Of a stretch of 64,000 bases of DNA, positions 1-9,207 are shown one piece after another. This DNA is from an uncultured bacterium (GTDB lineage Bacteria; Krumholzibacteriota; Krumholzibacteriia; Krumholzibacteriales; Krumholzibacteriaceae), in NCBI GenBank assembly GCA_964457905.1, contig CAYWGA010000003.1, positions 684-64,683 on the forward strand, given 5' to 3'. The position numbers and the translations under genes were made by a program. The notes beneath the pieces are model-generated. The model was given only the letters and a program-made list of their open reading frames with translations, was not told the origin of the DNA and searched no databases. Position 1 is the stretch's first letter, and every line of letters begins with the position of its first letter.

Positions 1-909
1 GAGGGCAGGGAGACGATCGAGCTCAAGATCGTGAAGATCGTCAGGGCCGACGATGAGGAGGCGGCAAGAAAGATAGCTGAGAGCATGGGCGTCGTGGTCA
101 CCAGGCCCGATGACATGATCAAGATAGAAACAAGATATCCGAAGAAGGGTAAGGTCAAGAAGAGCATATTCTCCTTCTTCGTCGAGCGGGGCCAGTCGAT
201 GAGCATCTCGTTGACGCTCACCGTACCCGCCGGCATGGAAGTCATAGTGGCGTCCGCAAGCGGCGATGTCGAGGTCGCGCGCATTATATCCGATGTGAGC
301 GCATCCTCCGCCAGCGGTGATCTGATCCTCCGTGATATCGGCGGCGATCTGGAAGCCCAGGTCGCGAGCGGCGATATCACGGTAGAGGACGTGGCGGGTT
401 CCGTATCTCTGGGCAGCGCCGCGGGAAATATCGTCGTGAGGAACGTAGGCGGCGACGCCGAGATCAGTGTCGCTACCGGTGATGTGGAGATCACTTCCAT
501 AGTAGGGACTCTCGAACTGAATTCCTACACCGGTGATTCTGTCGTCGACGGAGTAGGCGCCGTCACTTATGAAGGAATAAACGGATCGGCGAGATTCATA
601 GATGTGCGCGGCGCTGTCGAAGCGTCCGCGGCGAGCGGCGACCTCAATTTCCGCGTCTCGCCTGTGACCCTTGTCGACTATCATATAACCGCATCGAGCG
701 GAAACATCATACTGCGTTTCCTCGAGGTGATGGAAGGTGGATTCGTGCTGAAGGCCGCGACGACCTCCGGTGAGATCAACGCGCGTCTGCCGATCACCGT
801 GACCAAAGTGGACAGAAACAGGATCGCCGGTATTGTCAGGGACGGCCATGCGAAGGTCTTCCTCGAAACGGCCAGCGGTAATATCACGATAGAAGAGCCA
901 GAGGAGTAG
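1..909 (+). CDS. DUF4097-like putative adhesin / beta-helix repeat protein (5' partial; frame is open from nt 1)
   Basis: Repeated GD(V/I)xV ... SGD(I/L) units typical of the DUF4097 right-handed beta-helix. The frame is open to the window edge. The stop at 907-909 is followed directly by the anti-sigma gene. Confidence 0.55.
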   Translation, partial: EGRETIELKIVKIVRADDEEAARKIAESMGVVVTRPDDMIKIETRYPKKGKVKKSIFSFFVERGQSMSISLTLTVPAGMEVIVASASGDVEVARIISDVSASSASGDLILRDIGGDLEAQVASGDITVEDVAGSVSLGSAAGNIVVRNVGGDAEISVATGDVEITSIVGTLELNSYTGDSVVDGVGAVTYEGINGSARFIDVRGAVEASAASGDLNFRVSPVTLVDYHITASSGNIILRFLEVMEGGFVLKAATTSGEINARLPITVTKVDRNRIAGIVRDGHAKVFLETASGNITIEEPEE

Positions 910-913
910 GAAG

Positions 914-1561
914 ATGAACTGCCGGCATTTCGAGATGCTGATCCAGAAATACTACGACGGTGAACTCGATGCCGTTGAAATGGCGGAGTATGAGAATCAT
1001 CTCGGGTCCTGCCCTTCGTGCATGGAACTCGATGCGCAGTTCGCTGCGGTATTCGGGGCTCTCGACGAGATTCCTCTCGCCGAACCCTCTCCCGGATTCG
1101 ACACGAACGTGATGGCCATGGTCGACGTGGCCCGGTACAGGAAGAGCGCGCTCAGCCGCGCCGGCGTCGCGATAAGAGGCGGATGGGACAGGTTACCGTT
1201 CCCTGCCAGGGTCGCCGGCGGGATCGCTGCGGTGTTCGGCCTCTTCATAGCTGTGTATACACCGATGATAGGTATGATCGCTGCGGCGACCGGAAAGGCC
1301 GCCACTTTCGTCGGTTCAGGACTCTATATAATGAGGCGGGTCATCGAGGATCCGTCTGTAATAGGGAATTATCTCGCGACATCTACAAATTACAGGCTAG
1401 CAGGCAAGATCCTGCTCGAGACCTTCGAGAAACAGGTGTCCGGCATCCAGCTGTCCCATATTGTGATTGCTGGGCTGTCGGCGGCAGTGCTGGTCGTTCT
1501 GGTAGTAAGGGCGACGCGTACGGCCTGGAGCAAGGGAGAGACTCATGTCAGCATTATTTAG
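914..1561 (+). CDS. zinc-finger (zf-HC2) anti-sigma factor, membrane-anchored
   Basis: N-terminal H-x3-C-x2-C motif (ENHLGSCPSC) followed by a hydrophobic transmembrane stretch. GAGGAG lies 7 nt upstream of the ATG. This is a classic partner of DUF4097 proteins. Confidence 0.6.
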   Translation: MNCRHFEMLIQKYYDGELDAVEMAEYENHLGSCPSCMELDAQFAAVFGALDEIPLAEPSPGFDTNVMAMVDVARYRKSALSRAGVAIRGGWDRLPFPARVAGGIAAVFGLFIAVYTPMIGMIAAATGKAATFVGSGLYIMRRVIEDPSVIGNYLATSTNYRLAGKILLETFEKQVSGIQLSHIVIAGLSAAVLVVLVVRATRTAWSKGETHVSII

Positions 1562-2963
1562 CGCAGTACTGGCGAAGGCAGTTGTTTTTATCTGCTCCTT
1601 TCTCCTGGTCTCGTCCGGCCTGACCGGCACCAGGACCAGCAACAAGACCTGCGGCTCCCACAGCCCCTTCAAGGTAGTGGCAGTGGCGCAGGAAGAGAAA
1701 GAGGCCGATTCCGCCGATACGACGAAGACGGAGAAGGCCGCAAAGCCGGATACCAGCGCAAAGCCCGCCGCACCGACCGCGACCAGGGTCTCGAAATCCA
1801 AGAAAGCCAAGAAGGAATCGGTGAAGATATCGATCTCCGATGAAGGCATAAAGGTCATGCCAAAGGACGGGGAAGAAAAAATTATTTTCGAGCTCGAAGC
1901 ACAGGAGCTCGGCCAGACCCTCGAAGATCTCGAGTATGACCTCGAATTTCTGCAGGACCTGCCCGAATCTATCGCGGCCAGGCTCCTCGAGGACGATGAC
2001 AGGGCCTATGTCAAGGTCAGAGGGAAGGACATCGTCAGGTTCGGCAAGGACATACATATAGACAGATATGAACTGGTGCAGGGCGATGTGGTCTGTATCG
2101 CGGGCGACATTATCATAGAGGGCAAGATTCGCGGCAACGTGGTCAATGTCTTTGGTGATACCGAACTGCGTGGTACTGCCGTCATCAACGGTGACGTCGT
2201 CACCGTGATGGGCGAGCTGAGCGAGTACAACAATCCGCATATCAGGGGTGAAACGGTCAGCGTGGCCGGCGGAGCCCCGAACATACACATACCGTTCCTT
2301 GCCTACGACACTGGAAACCTGTGGGGCGTCATCACGAGGATTGTCAAATTCGTGATCTTCACTCTCCTGCTCCTCATGATAATCTACTTCCTGCCCGACC
2401 GGATGAAGATCTCCTCCGACCATGTGTTCGGATCATTCTTCAAGTCGCTCGGTGTAGGTATCCTCGTGCTGCTCGTAGGTTCCGTAGTCGTACTTATCCT
2501 CGGGGTGGTCCTGAGCATTACGATCATCGGGATACCTGTAGCACTGCTTCTCGTGCTCTCCTACGGAGCGCTGCTGTTGCTCGGATACTTTGTCAGCGCC
2601 CTCGCGCTGGGCAGGCTTCTCTGCCAGAAGTTCGGGCCGAACGGCGCATCTCCTTTCCTCTGCGGCTTCATGGGACTGTTTGTGATCACTCTTCCCGGCT
2701 TTATAGCCGCGATGATGTGGGTCGTTCCGTTCCTGGCGCCGATACAGATCCTTCTGAAGACGATCGCGGTATTCTTCAGTTTCCTCGCTGTTACACTCGG
2801 CTCCGGGGCCCTGATAATCTCCAAGGCCGGAGCTCTGCCCCTTGAGCAGATACCCGAGGTTCCAGAGGTACCTGAGGCTCCCGCGGCGCCTGTCGAGACC
2901 GAAGTATACGGCACGCCTGAAGAGCCGGATGCGCCCGAATGGAAGGGTCCCGACGAGGATTGA
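1545..2963 (+). CDS. membrane protein with bactofilin-like (polymer-forming cytoskeletal) beta-helix segment, Lys-rich N-region and acidic Pro-rich tail
   Basis: GDVVCIAGDIIIEGKIRGNVVNVFGDTELRGTAVINGDVV is bactofilin-like. Several predicted TM helices follow. The gene overlaps the anti-sigma gene by 17 nt. Confidence 0.5.
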   Translation: MSALFSAVLAKAVVFICSFLLVSSGLTGTRTSNKTCGSHSPFKVVAVAQEEKEADSADTTKTEKAAKPDTSAKPAAPTATRVSKSKKAKKESVKISISDEGIKVMPKDGEEKIIFELEAQELGQTLEDLEYDLEFLQDLPESIAARLLEDDDRAYVKVRGKDIVRFGKDIHIDRYELVQGDVVCIAGDIIIEGKIRGNVVNVFGDTELRGTAVINGDVVTVMGELSEYNNPHIRGETVSVAGGAPNIHIPFLAYDTGNLWGVITRIVKFVIFTLLLLMIIYFLPDRMKISSDHVFGSFFKSLGVGILVLLVGSVVVLILGVVLSITIIGIPVALLLVLSYGALLLLGYFVSALALGRLLCQKFGPNGASPFLCGFMGLFVITLPGFIAAMMWVVPFLAPIQILLKTIAVFFSFLAVTLGSGALIISKAGALPLEQIPEVPEVPEAPAAPVETEVYGTPEEPDAPEWKGPDED

Positions 2964-3003
2964 TCCGGGGTTAGCGCTTTACTATTCTCCTTAGAATTGT
3001 TAT

Positions 3004-3046
3004 TATACGGGGAGACCTCATCCAAAATTCCCCGTATATACGGGAG
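3004..3046. repeat. direct plus inverted copies of TATACGGG(G)A in the intergenic region upstream of the Omp85 gene (candidate operator or attenuator)
   Basis: TATACGGGGA at 3004-3013, its exact reverse complement TCCCCGTATA at 3029-3038, and a second direct copy TATACGGGAG at 3037-3046. A 14-nt perfect palindrome CCCGTATATACGGG sits inside (3031-3044). Confidence 0.35.
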
Positions 3047-3063
3047 TCTGGAGCGCCCCGATA

Positions 3064-4449
3064 TTGCAGAACTTCATCGGTAAGCTATATCTATTGTCCG
3101 CGTTGGTTCTTGCTGCGGCGGTAGTGTGCGGTGGAACGGCGGCTGCAGGCGGCTTGTTAGCCTCGAGGGCGGCTGCGGTAGACGCATCCCGTGAGGCGCT
3201 CGAAGTCGAGGTCAGTCCTTTCAGGGGCAGTGTCGTCGACCAGATCATCGTCGAAGGAAACACTCATACGAACCGTTCGACGATCACCCGCGAGATGGCT
3301 ACGAAGGAAGGCGCGAATCTCGACGAGGATGTTCTTTACAGGGATCACTCCTATCTACGCGGCCTCGGATTCTTCTCCGAGGTCGATATCACTATCGACG
3401 AGACTTCGGTCGGACACTGCAACATCATCGTAAAAGTCTCGGAGCGCCCCGATCTCTTCATGAAATACCCGATGCCTTCCGTAGATTATGACCTTGTAAG
3501 GGGTGTCAGCTACGGCATCCGCTGGAAGATAAGGAACTTCCGCGGGACGGGGCAGGAGGTCTTCGTCGGCTTCAACAGGAGAAGAGATCATGAGCAGGGT
3601 GCCAGCGCTTCCTGGAGCATGCCGTGGGTCGGCAGCACCAGGATGAGGCTGAGTTTCCAGGGATTTACGAATCAGAAATTCACGATTCCCGAGAAAGCTG
3701 ACTTTGTAAAGGAACGTCACGGCGGCGGAGTTGCTATGGGACTGCCTCTGACGCAGAGCCTTCTGCGGCAGGTCTGGATCATGCCTAACATCATGGTAGA
3801 GAGCAGGACCTCGAGACTCGGCATCGATGAGCCCGCTAACCAGGATGGCACCTATGTGAGGCAGCTTCTTCTCATCACCGGCCTGACGCTGACATACGAC
3901 AGCAGGGACAACCGCATATCTCCGTTCAGCGGTTCGTATGCAGGAGCCTCGGTCCGCAGGTATACGAGTGTCGAGGGGATGAAACAGCAGTACTCCGTGA
4001 TGTCGCTGACAAGCGCGTTCTACGTGCCGGTGCGCGGCTTTGGTTCGCTCATCTTTGCGTTCGCCGGTGACAACCGGGACGGACAACTGCCATGGTTCTA
4101 CCAGATGGGCATGGGCGGGATGAACGACCTGAGGGGATTTCCCGAGAGTGATACGAGGGGTACGACCCGGCTGCTCACTACGATCCAGTGGAGAAGGAAT
4201 GTGTACGGGCCGAACGCCTTCGATATTCCTGTTATCGGCAAGTTCGATGTGGCACTCAATACGATCGCTTTCGTCGACAACGGCGCGCTGATGAACTCAC
4301 TCGACAATGTGCCGGATACGAGGTTCCATTCGACCGCCGGTTTCGGAATCGAGATCATCTCCCCGATCCAGGACATGGTCAGACTTGAGGTCGCTTTCAG
4401 TCAGTATGGAGAGCCGACTTACTACCTCGCCACCCGCAACAGGTTCTAG
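3064..4449 (+). CDS. Omp85-family outer membrane protein (single POTRA plus surface-antigen beta-barrel; BamA/TamA-like)
   Basis: Signal peptide, a POTRA-like N-region (IIVEGNTHTNRSTITREM ...) and a C-terminal barrel ending in an aromatic residue (...TRNRF). TTG start. Confidence 0.6.
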   Translation: MQNFIGKLYLLSALVLAAAVVCGGTAAAGGLLASRAAAVDASREALEVEVSPFRGSVVDQIIVEGNTHTNRSTITREMATKEGANLDEDVLYRDHSYLRGLGFFSEVDITIDETSVGHCNIIVKVSERPDLFMKYPMPSVDYDLVRGVSYGIRWKIRNFRGTGQEVFVGFNRRRDHEQGASASWSMPWVGSTRMRLSFQGFTNQKFTIPEKADFVKERHGGGVAMGLPLTQSLLRQVWIMPNIMVESRTSRLGIDEPANQDGTYVRQLLLITGLTLTYDSRDNRISPFSGSYAGASVRRYTSVEGMKQQYSVMSLTSAFYVPVRGFGSLIFAFAGDNRDGQLPWFYQMGMGGMNDLRGFPESDTRGTTRLLTTIQWRRNVYGPNAFDIPVIGKFDVALNTIAFVDNGALMNSLDNVPDTRFHSTAGFGIEIISPIQDMVRLEVAFSQYGEPTYYLATRNRF

Positions 4450-4786
4450 GCCCTGCCGGTCCCGGTTTTTCTGCGGATATTTCCCCAGTTTTTCATTCTC
4501 AACACTAATCCATTGTAATAAAAGTATTTAACCTTCTATTCGGGGCCTTTTGGACCGGATTCTATAGGGGAAATTCCCCATTTGAAGGGTGCTTCATTAC
4601 TTGAAATTCCTGCAGATCAATGTCTTATCAAGATTTACACGAATTCCTCAATCTCTACTCCAGTCAGGTGCCGCAACGTTAACATGTTGAATTACAACGA
4701 GTAAGCTTGAAGTAGATCTGTCGGTCCTGCCCGATTGCGAGGGGTCCTGTGCCTGCATGGCCGCTATCGGCCTGTGTCAGCAGGGT

Positions 4787-4803
4787 ACGGGGAACACCCA
4801 TTG
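4787..4803 (+). promoter_or_regulatory. weak candidate sigma-54 promoter (GGGAAC-N5-TTGCA; obeys the GG-N10-GC rule) 50 nt upstream of the T9SS metallopeptidase gene
   Basis: Sequence GGGGAACACCCATTGCA. The -12 element is perfect and the -24 element is partial. A 7-bp hairpin (CAAGGAT/ATCCTTG) follows. Confidence 0.2.
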
Positions 4804-4852
4804 CAGTTCCCATAGGCAAGGATTATTGCGATCCTTGTGCGCGGGCTTGTAT

Positions 4853-5938
4853 ATGGACAGGGAGAACCTGTTGAGAAATAAAGTAGTTATCTACATTGCA
4901 CTGGCAATCGCCGCCCCTCTTTTCGCCGTTCCGGGAACACTGGCAGCGGAGGATTTTACCCACTTCTATGCCCTGGATAACGGCTCAACAGTAACCGTTT
5001 ATCCTCCTGAAGGCATACTTTCGGAGATGACAGAGCGCGACGAGTCCGGAAACCTCGTGTTCTATCCAGAGGGTGGAGGGTTCTACTATCTGATAGAAGA
5101 TATCTCCAGCCCGCTGATAATGAACAAGGGAGCGGGCGAGTTCTTTCCGATGAGCGAAGACCTCGTAATGCAGGCTCTCAGGGAGATCGATATCGATGGA
5201 CGTGCTGTCGAGATGCATATCGATGTCTACATACTGCCGCTGCCGAGGCTCTATTTCATGAGCAGCACCTCGACCGGCTGCCGGATCTTTCTGTCGCCCG
5301 GAGTCTGGGATATCCCCGCATCGATAGTATCGAGTGTAGTGACGCACGAGTTCGGGCACTGCTATCAGAAGGCATACCTGCCCCATGATGATACGGAAGG
5401 GTGGACCCGGTATCTCGGCATCAGGGGGCTGCTCGATGATCCGGAAATCTCAGAAAGTTCGAGCCATATGAACAGGCCGAGCGAGATCTTCGCCGAGGAT
5501 TTCCGCGTGCTCTTCGGCGGGGAACTGGCTGATTATTCAGGAATGCTCGAGAATCCCGGCCTTGTTCATCCTGATGAAGTCGCCGGACTCAGGGATTTCA
5601 TGATCTCTCTTGCCGGTCCGGTCGGAACTGTCGATGTTCCGGCAGGCGGAGAAGTCATCGCATCGGTCGGAAACTACCCCAACCCGTTCAACCCGGTCAC
5701 AACGATCAGGGCCGCATTCAACGGGCAGGAGATCACCAGGGAAGTGAGCGTCAAGATCTACGCAGCGAACGGTTCCCTCGTCAGGGATCTCTGGTCGGGG
5801 ACCGTATCACAGCAGACTTTTGAAAAGACCTGGGACGGGATGAACGACTTCGGGAGCCGCGCCGCGAGTGGGATATATTTCTATCGAGTGACCGCAGGCT
5901 CCGATCTCCGCACAGGGAAGATGCTGCTCGTACGTTGA
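4853..5938 (+). CDS. secreted zinc metallopeptidase-like protein (HEXXH) with T9SS C-terminal sorting domain
   Basis: HEFGH motif. Signal peptide starts at the internal ATG (MDRENLL ...). The C-terminus YPNPFNPVTTI ... ASGIYFYRV is the T9SS CTD signature. The ORF track's upstream extension (4757) lacks a signal peptide. Confidence 0.6.
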   Translation: MDRENLLRNKVVIYIALAIAAPLFAVPGTLAAEDFTHFYALDNGSTVTVYPPEGILSEMTERDESGNLVFYPEGGGFYYLIEDISSPLIMNKGAGEFFPMSEDLVMQALREIDIDGRAVEMHIDVYILPLPRLYFMSSTSTGCRIFLSPGVWDIPASIVSSVVTHEFGHCYQKAYLPHDDTEGWTRYLGIRGLLDDPEISESSSHMNRPSEIFAEDFRVLFGGELADYSGMLENPGLVHPDEVAGLRDFMISLAGPVGTVDVPAGGEVIASVGNYPNPFNPVTTIRAAFNGQEITREVSVKIYAANGSLVRDLWSGTVSQQTFEKTWDGMNDFGSRAASGIYFYRVTAGSDLRTGKMLLVR

Positions 5939-5939
5939 G

Positions 5940-6983
5940 CTAGAGACCGTACTCGTCACGGTTGGCCCTCAGCTGACCGCACGCCGCTCCGATATCTCCA
6001 CCCTGGCTTCTTCTTACTGTGACCGCCGGCGCCGTGGGCAGCAGTATCTCGATAAACCTGTCGATAGATTCCTCGTCAGGACGCTTCAGGTCACAGCCCT
6101 CCCATTCATTGAACGGGATTATGTTTATCTTGAAGGGCCTGCCCGAGGTGAGAGAGGCGAGTTTCGCGGCGTCTCTCGGGGAATCGTTTACCCCCGCGAT
6201 CAGAACATACTCCAGGGTAGCTCTCATCTTTCTGCTGATAGCGTATTCTTCGGCAGCGGCCAGGGTCTCCTTTATGCCGACGGCTGCCGGCATCAGCCGC
6301 TTTCTCGTATCGTCGTCGACCGCGTTGAGCGATACGGCCAGACCGGCTTTAAGGCCGCTCTTCTCGAGTTCCCTGATCCGGACGGGCAGGCCGATTGTGC
6401 TGACCGTGATCCTCTTCTCGCGCAGGGCGAACCCGTCCTCGTGATTGAGTATCTCGAGAGCGGGGAAAACGTTCGCCGTATTAAGCAGAGGATCTCCCAT
6501 ACCCATGAAGACGATGTTGAATCTCCGGCGTGGAGGGATATGATGCAGCCTGAAGTATAGTATCTGGTCGAGTATCTCCCCGGTGGAAAGATCTCTCTCG
6601 AGACCGCCGGTGCCTGTCCTGCAGAATGAGCAGGCGAGCGGACAGCCAACCTGACTCGATACGCAAAGAGTAAATACTCCGCGCGCTTCCATCAGAACGA
6701 CCTCTATGACGGCGCCGTCCTCACATTCGAGCAGAAATTTCTGGCTTCCGTCAGAACCTGAGGATACACTTCCCGCCACACGCATCGCAGGAATGCGGAA
6801 GTGCTCGTTGAGCCTGGTACGCAGGGCGATAGAGAGGCTGGTCATTTCGTCGAACGAGGCGGCGCCCTTCTGCCAGATCCACTGCATGACCTGTCTCGTC
6901 CTGTGTCTCTGTTCGCCCATCTCCGCTATGGCGGCAGCGAGCTGCGGGGGCGAGAGGTTCTTTATATTGATCCTGTCAGGCAT
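5940..6983 (-). CDS. rlmN: 23S rRNA/tRNA (adenine-C2)-methyltransferase RlmN (radical SAM)
   Basis: CPLACSFC radical-SAM cysteine triad and a full-length RlmN-like sequence. Confidence 0.85.
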   Translation of the reverse strand: MPDRINIKNLSPPQLAAAIAEMGEQRHRTRQVMQWIWQKGAASFDEMTSLSIALRTRLNEHFRIPAMRVAGSVSSGSDGSQKFLLECEDGAVIEVVLMEARGVFTLCVSSQVGCPLACSFCRTGTGGLERDLSTGEILDQILYFRLHHIPPRRRFNIVFMGMGDPLLNTANVFPALEILNHEDGFALREKRITVSTIGLPVRIRELEKSGLKAGLAVSLNAVDDDTRKRLMPAAVGIKETLAAAEEYAISRKMRATLEYVLIAGVNDSPRDAAKLASLTSGRPFKINIIPFNEWEGCDLKRPDEESIDRFIEILLPTAPAVTVRRSQGGDIGAACGQLRANRDEYGL

Positions 6984-7205
6984 GTTTCCTTTCGGAAGTG
7001 ATGATAGTGAATATAATCGGAAAGCCCAAAGGGAAAAAGGAGGCGAGGTGCTGCGTCAATCGGGGGGATTATAGAAGAGTAAGGTATTCCCCCGGTGGAT
7101 TCACACTTGCCCGACACGAGGGAAAGTCATACAATCATGCTCACTGGCGGGAATGCTGTCAGCCTCGCAGTCGTATGTAAACATTTGAACGGGGGTAGCT
7201 TGCCG

Positions 7206-8582
7206 ATGAGCAAGAGAGTCCTGGTAGTAGATGATGAAACAAGTATAAGAACCTCGCTCGAGAAGCTTCTTTCTTATGAAAAATACAAGACGCTCTCCGC
7301 GCCCGACGGTCCTTCCGCAATCGAGATCGTGGCCGATGAGAGGGTCGATATAGTCCTGCTCGATATCAAGATGCCAGGCATGGACGGGCTCGAAGTGCTT
7401 CAGAAACTCAAGGAGATGAGGGAAGAGCTGCCGGTTATTATCATCTCCGGACACGGCAATATCTCCACTGCTGTCGAGGCTACCAAGCTGGGAGCCTTCG
7501 ACTTCATAGAAAAGCCGATTGATCTCGACAGGCTCCTGCTCACAGTAAGAAACGGGCTGACGCAGGGTACACTGAGCCAGCAGAACGTCGAACTCAGGGG
7601 AAGGATCCCGGGCGGTACGGAGATCGTCGGCGAACATCCATCGATCAAGGATATCCTCGAGACGATCAACCGTGTGGCTCCGACAGGAGCCAGGGTGCTG
7701 ATCATGGGAGAGAATGGTTCAGGCAAGGAGCTTGTCGCGAGAAAGCTGCACGAGCTCAGCAAAAGGAATACCGAATCGTTCATCGAGGTGAATTGCGCGG
7801 CCATCCCCGAGGAACTGATAGAGAGCGAGCTGTTCGGCCACGAGAAGGGATCGTTCACCGGCGCAGTATCAAAGAGGATCGGAAAGTTCGAGCTTGCCGA
7901 CGGAGGGTCGCTCTTTCTCGATGAAGTCGGTGACATGAGCCTTTCGGCACAGGCGAAGGTCCTTCGCGTCCTTCAGGAATCAGTGTTTGAAAGGGTCGGT
8001 GGGACAGAGACTAAAAAAGTCGACGTCAGGGTGATCGCCGCGTCCAACAAGAATCTCCTTGAGGAAGCGGGAAAGGGAAACTTCCGCGAGGACCTCTTTT
8101 ACAGACTCAATGTCGTTCCTGTCGAGATGCCGCCCCTGCGGGACCGCAGGTCCGACATACCGATGCTCGTTTCGCATTTTCTCGATCAGGTCGCCGTTGA
8201 GCTCGGGGCCGCTCCGAAGAAGGTAGACAAGAAAGCCCTTGAGCTGATGGTCGAATACTCCTGGCCGGGGAATGTCAGGGAGCTTAGAAACCTTATCGAG
8301 AGGCTCTGTATCCTGACGCTTACCGACAACATCACACGCGAGGACATGCCTCCTCTCGTGCTGACGAGGGAAGAGGATATGATGAAGGACCCGTTTGGAC
8401 TCCAGACGTACCAGGAGTTCAGGGACTTCACCGAGCGGGAGTTCCTCGTCAAGAAGCTGCGGGAGAACAACGGCAACGTATCGAAGACAGCGAGACAGCT
8501 CGGAATGCAGCGCAGCAATCTCTATAAAAAGCTCGAGAAGTACAGCATCGACCTGCGCGGAGACAAGGATGAAGTGGACTAG
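7206..8582 (+). CDS. sigma-54-dependent response regulator (NtrC family: REC + AAA+ sigma-54 activator + Fis-type HTH)
   Basis: REC domain (VLVVDDE ... DIKMPGMDG), GENGSGKE Walker A, GAFTGA-like loop (GSFTGA), and a C-terminal HTH. The start is set at the internal ATG, where the REC domain begins. No histidine kinase is adjacent. Confidence 0.85.
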   Translation: MSKRVLVVDDETSIRTSLEKLLSYEKYKTLSAPDGPSAIEIVADERVDIVLLDIKMPGMDGLEVLQKLKEMREELPVIIISGHGNISTAVEATKLGAFDFIEKPIDLDRLLLTVRNGLTQGTLSQQNVELRGRIPGGTEIVGEHPSIKDILETINRVAPTGARVLIMGENGSGKELVARKLHELSKRNTESFIEVNCAAIPEELIESELFGHEKGSFTGAVSKRIGKFELADGGSLFLDEVGDMSLSAQAKVLRVLQESVFERVGGTETKKVDVRVIAASNKNLLEEAGKGNFREDLFYRLNVVPVEMPPLRDRRSDIPMLVSHFLDQVAVELGAAPKKVDKKALELMVEYSWPGNVRELRNLIERLCILTLTDNITREDMPPLVLTREEDMMKDPFGLQTYQEFRDFTEREFLVKKLRENNGNVSKTARQLGMQRSNLYKKLEKYSIDLRGDKDEVD

Positions 8583-8828
8583 GGAGCACTCGGCCGCGAA
8601 AGTACTTACGGGCAGATTGCCGATAACTCGGAATAATTCGCATATATCTTACGTATGAGACAGTCTATCTTGCAAAAAATCTGACAAACCGGTCAACTTC
8701 TGATTTTTCATAGATTTTTCTTCCTAAAAATTTGACAGACGCCATTTCGGGAATTATTTTTAGACTGTGGGTGCTATGGGTGTGACGGGTCTTTTTGGAA
8801 CAGGGTAGTTCCATGAGGAGATTAGGTT

Positions 8829-9143
8829 ATGAAGAGAACGGTTCTTCTTCTCGCCATTCTGATGGCGGTTTCCCTTACTTCAGTATCGCAGGTCCATGCC
8901 TTGCCTGTAGCAGGCGAAAAGGCAGTGGCCGTATCCAGCTGGCTCTCATACTATTTTGCCAACTTCCTGAGAGCGCATCGTCACAACCTTGGCGAGGTTG
9001 ATGACAGGATCATCGTTGATACTGGAGACGACGTAATGCTTCGTGGGGACGCCGATGATTACGCGAATGGCAGAGCAGATGAAGAAAAGGATGTTGATCT
9101 TCTCGGCTCCGGTGACGACAAACGGAGTACGGGGATCAAGTAA
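8829..9143 (+). CDS. small secreted acidic protein (signal peptide, Asp-rich mature part), hypothetical
   Basis: MKRTVLLLAILMAVSLTSVSQVHA signal peptide. The mature part is about 80 aa and rich in D/E. A sigma-70-like TTGACA-N17-TATTTT lies upstream. Only 64 nt separate it from the next gene. Confidence 0.45.
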   Translation: MKRTVLLLAILMAVSLTSVSQVHALPVAGEKAVAVSSWLSYYFANFLRAHRHNLGEVDDRIIVDTGDDVMLRGDADDYANGRADEEKDVDLLGSGDDKRSTGIK

Positions 9144-9207
9144 ATACTAGCGGTCTACTTACGGGCTCTACCGGTAATTCGCCATTTGCCACTTAAGGAG
9201 TTAACCG

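Noticed and set aside
6998-7180. 60-aa ORF between rlmN and the response-regulator gene
   Set aside because: It lies in the divergent promoter region, is Cys/Arg-rich, and has no translation signals.
8583-8828. Possible sigma-54 promoter upstream of the small secreted protein gene
   Set aside because: No GG-N10-GC arrangement was found. A TTGACA-N17-TATTTT sigma-70-like promoter fits better. The TGGAAC-N6-GTTCCA palindrome at the RBS is recorded under that finding instead.
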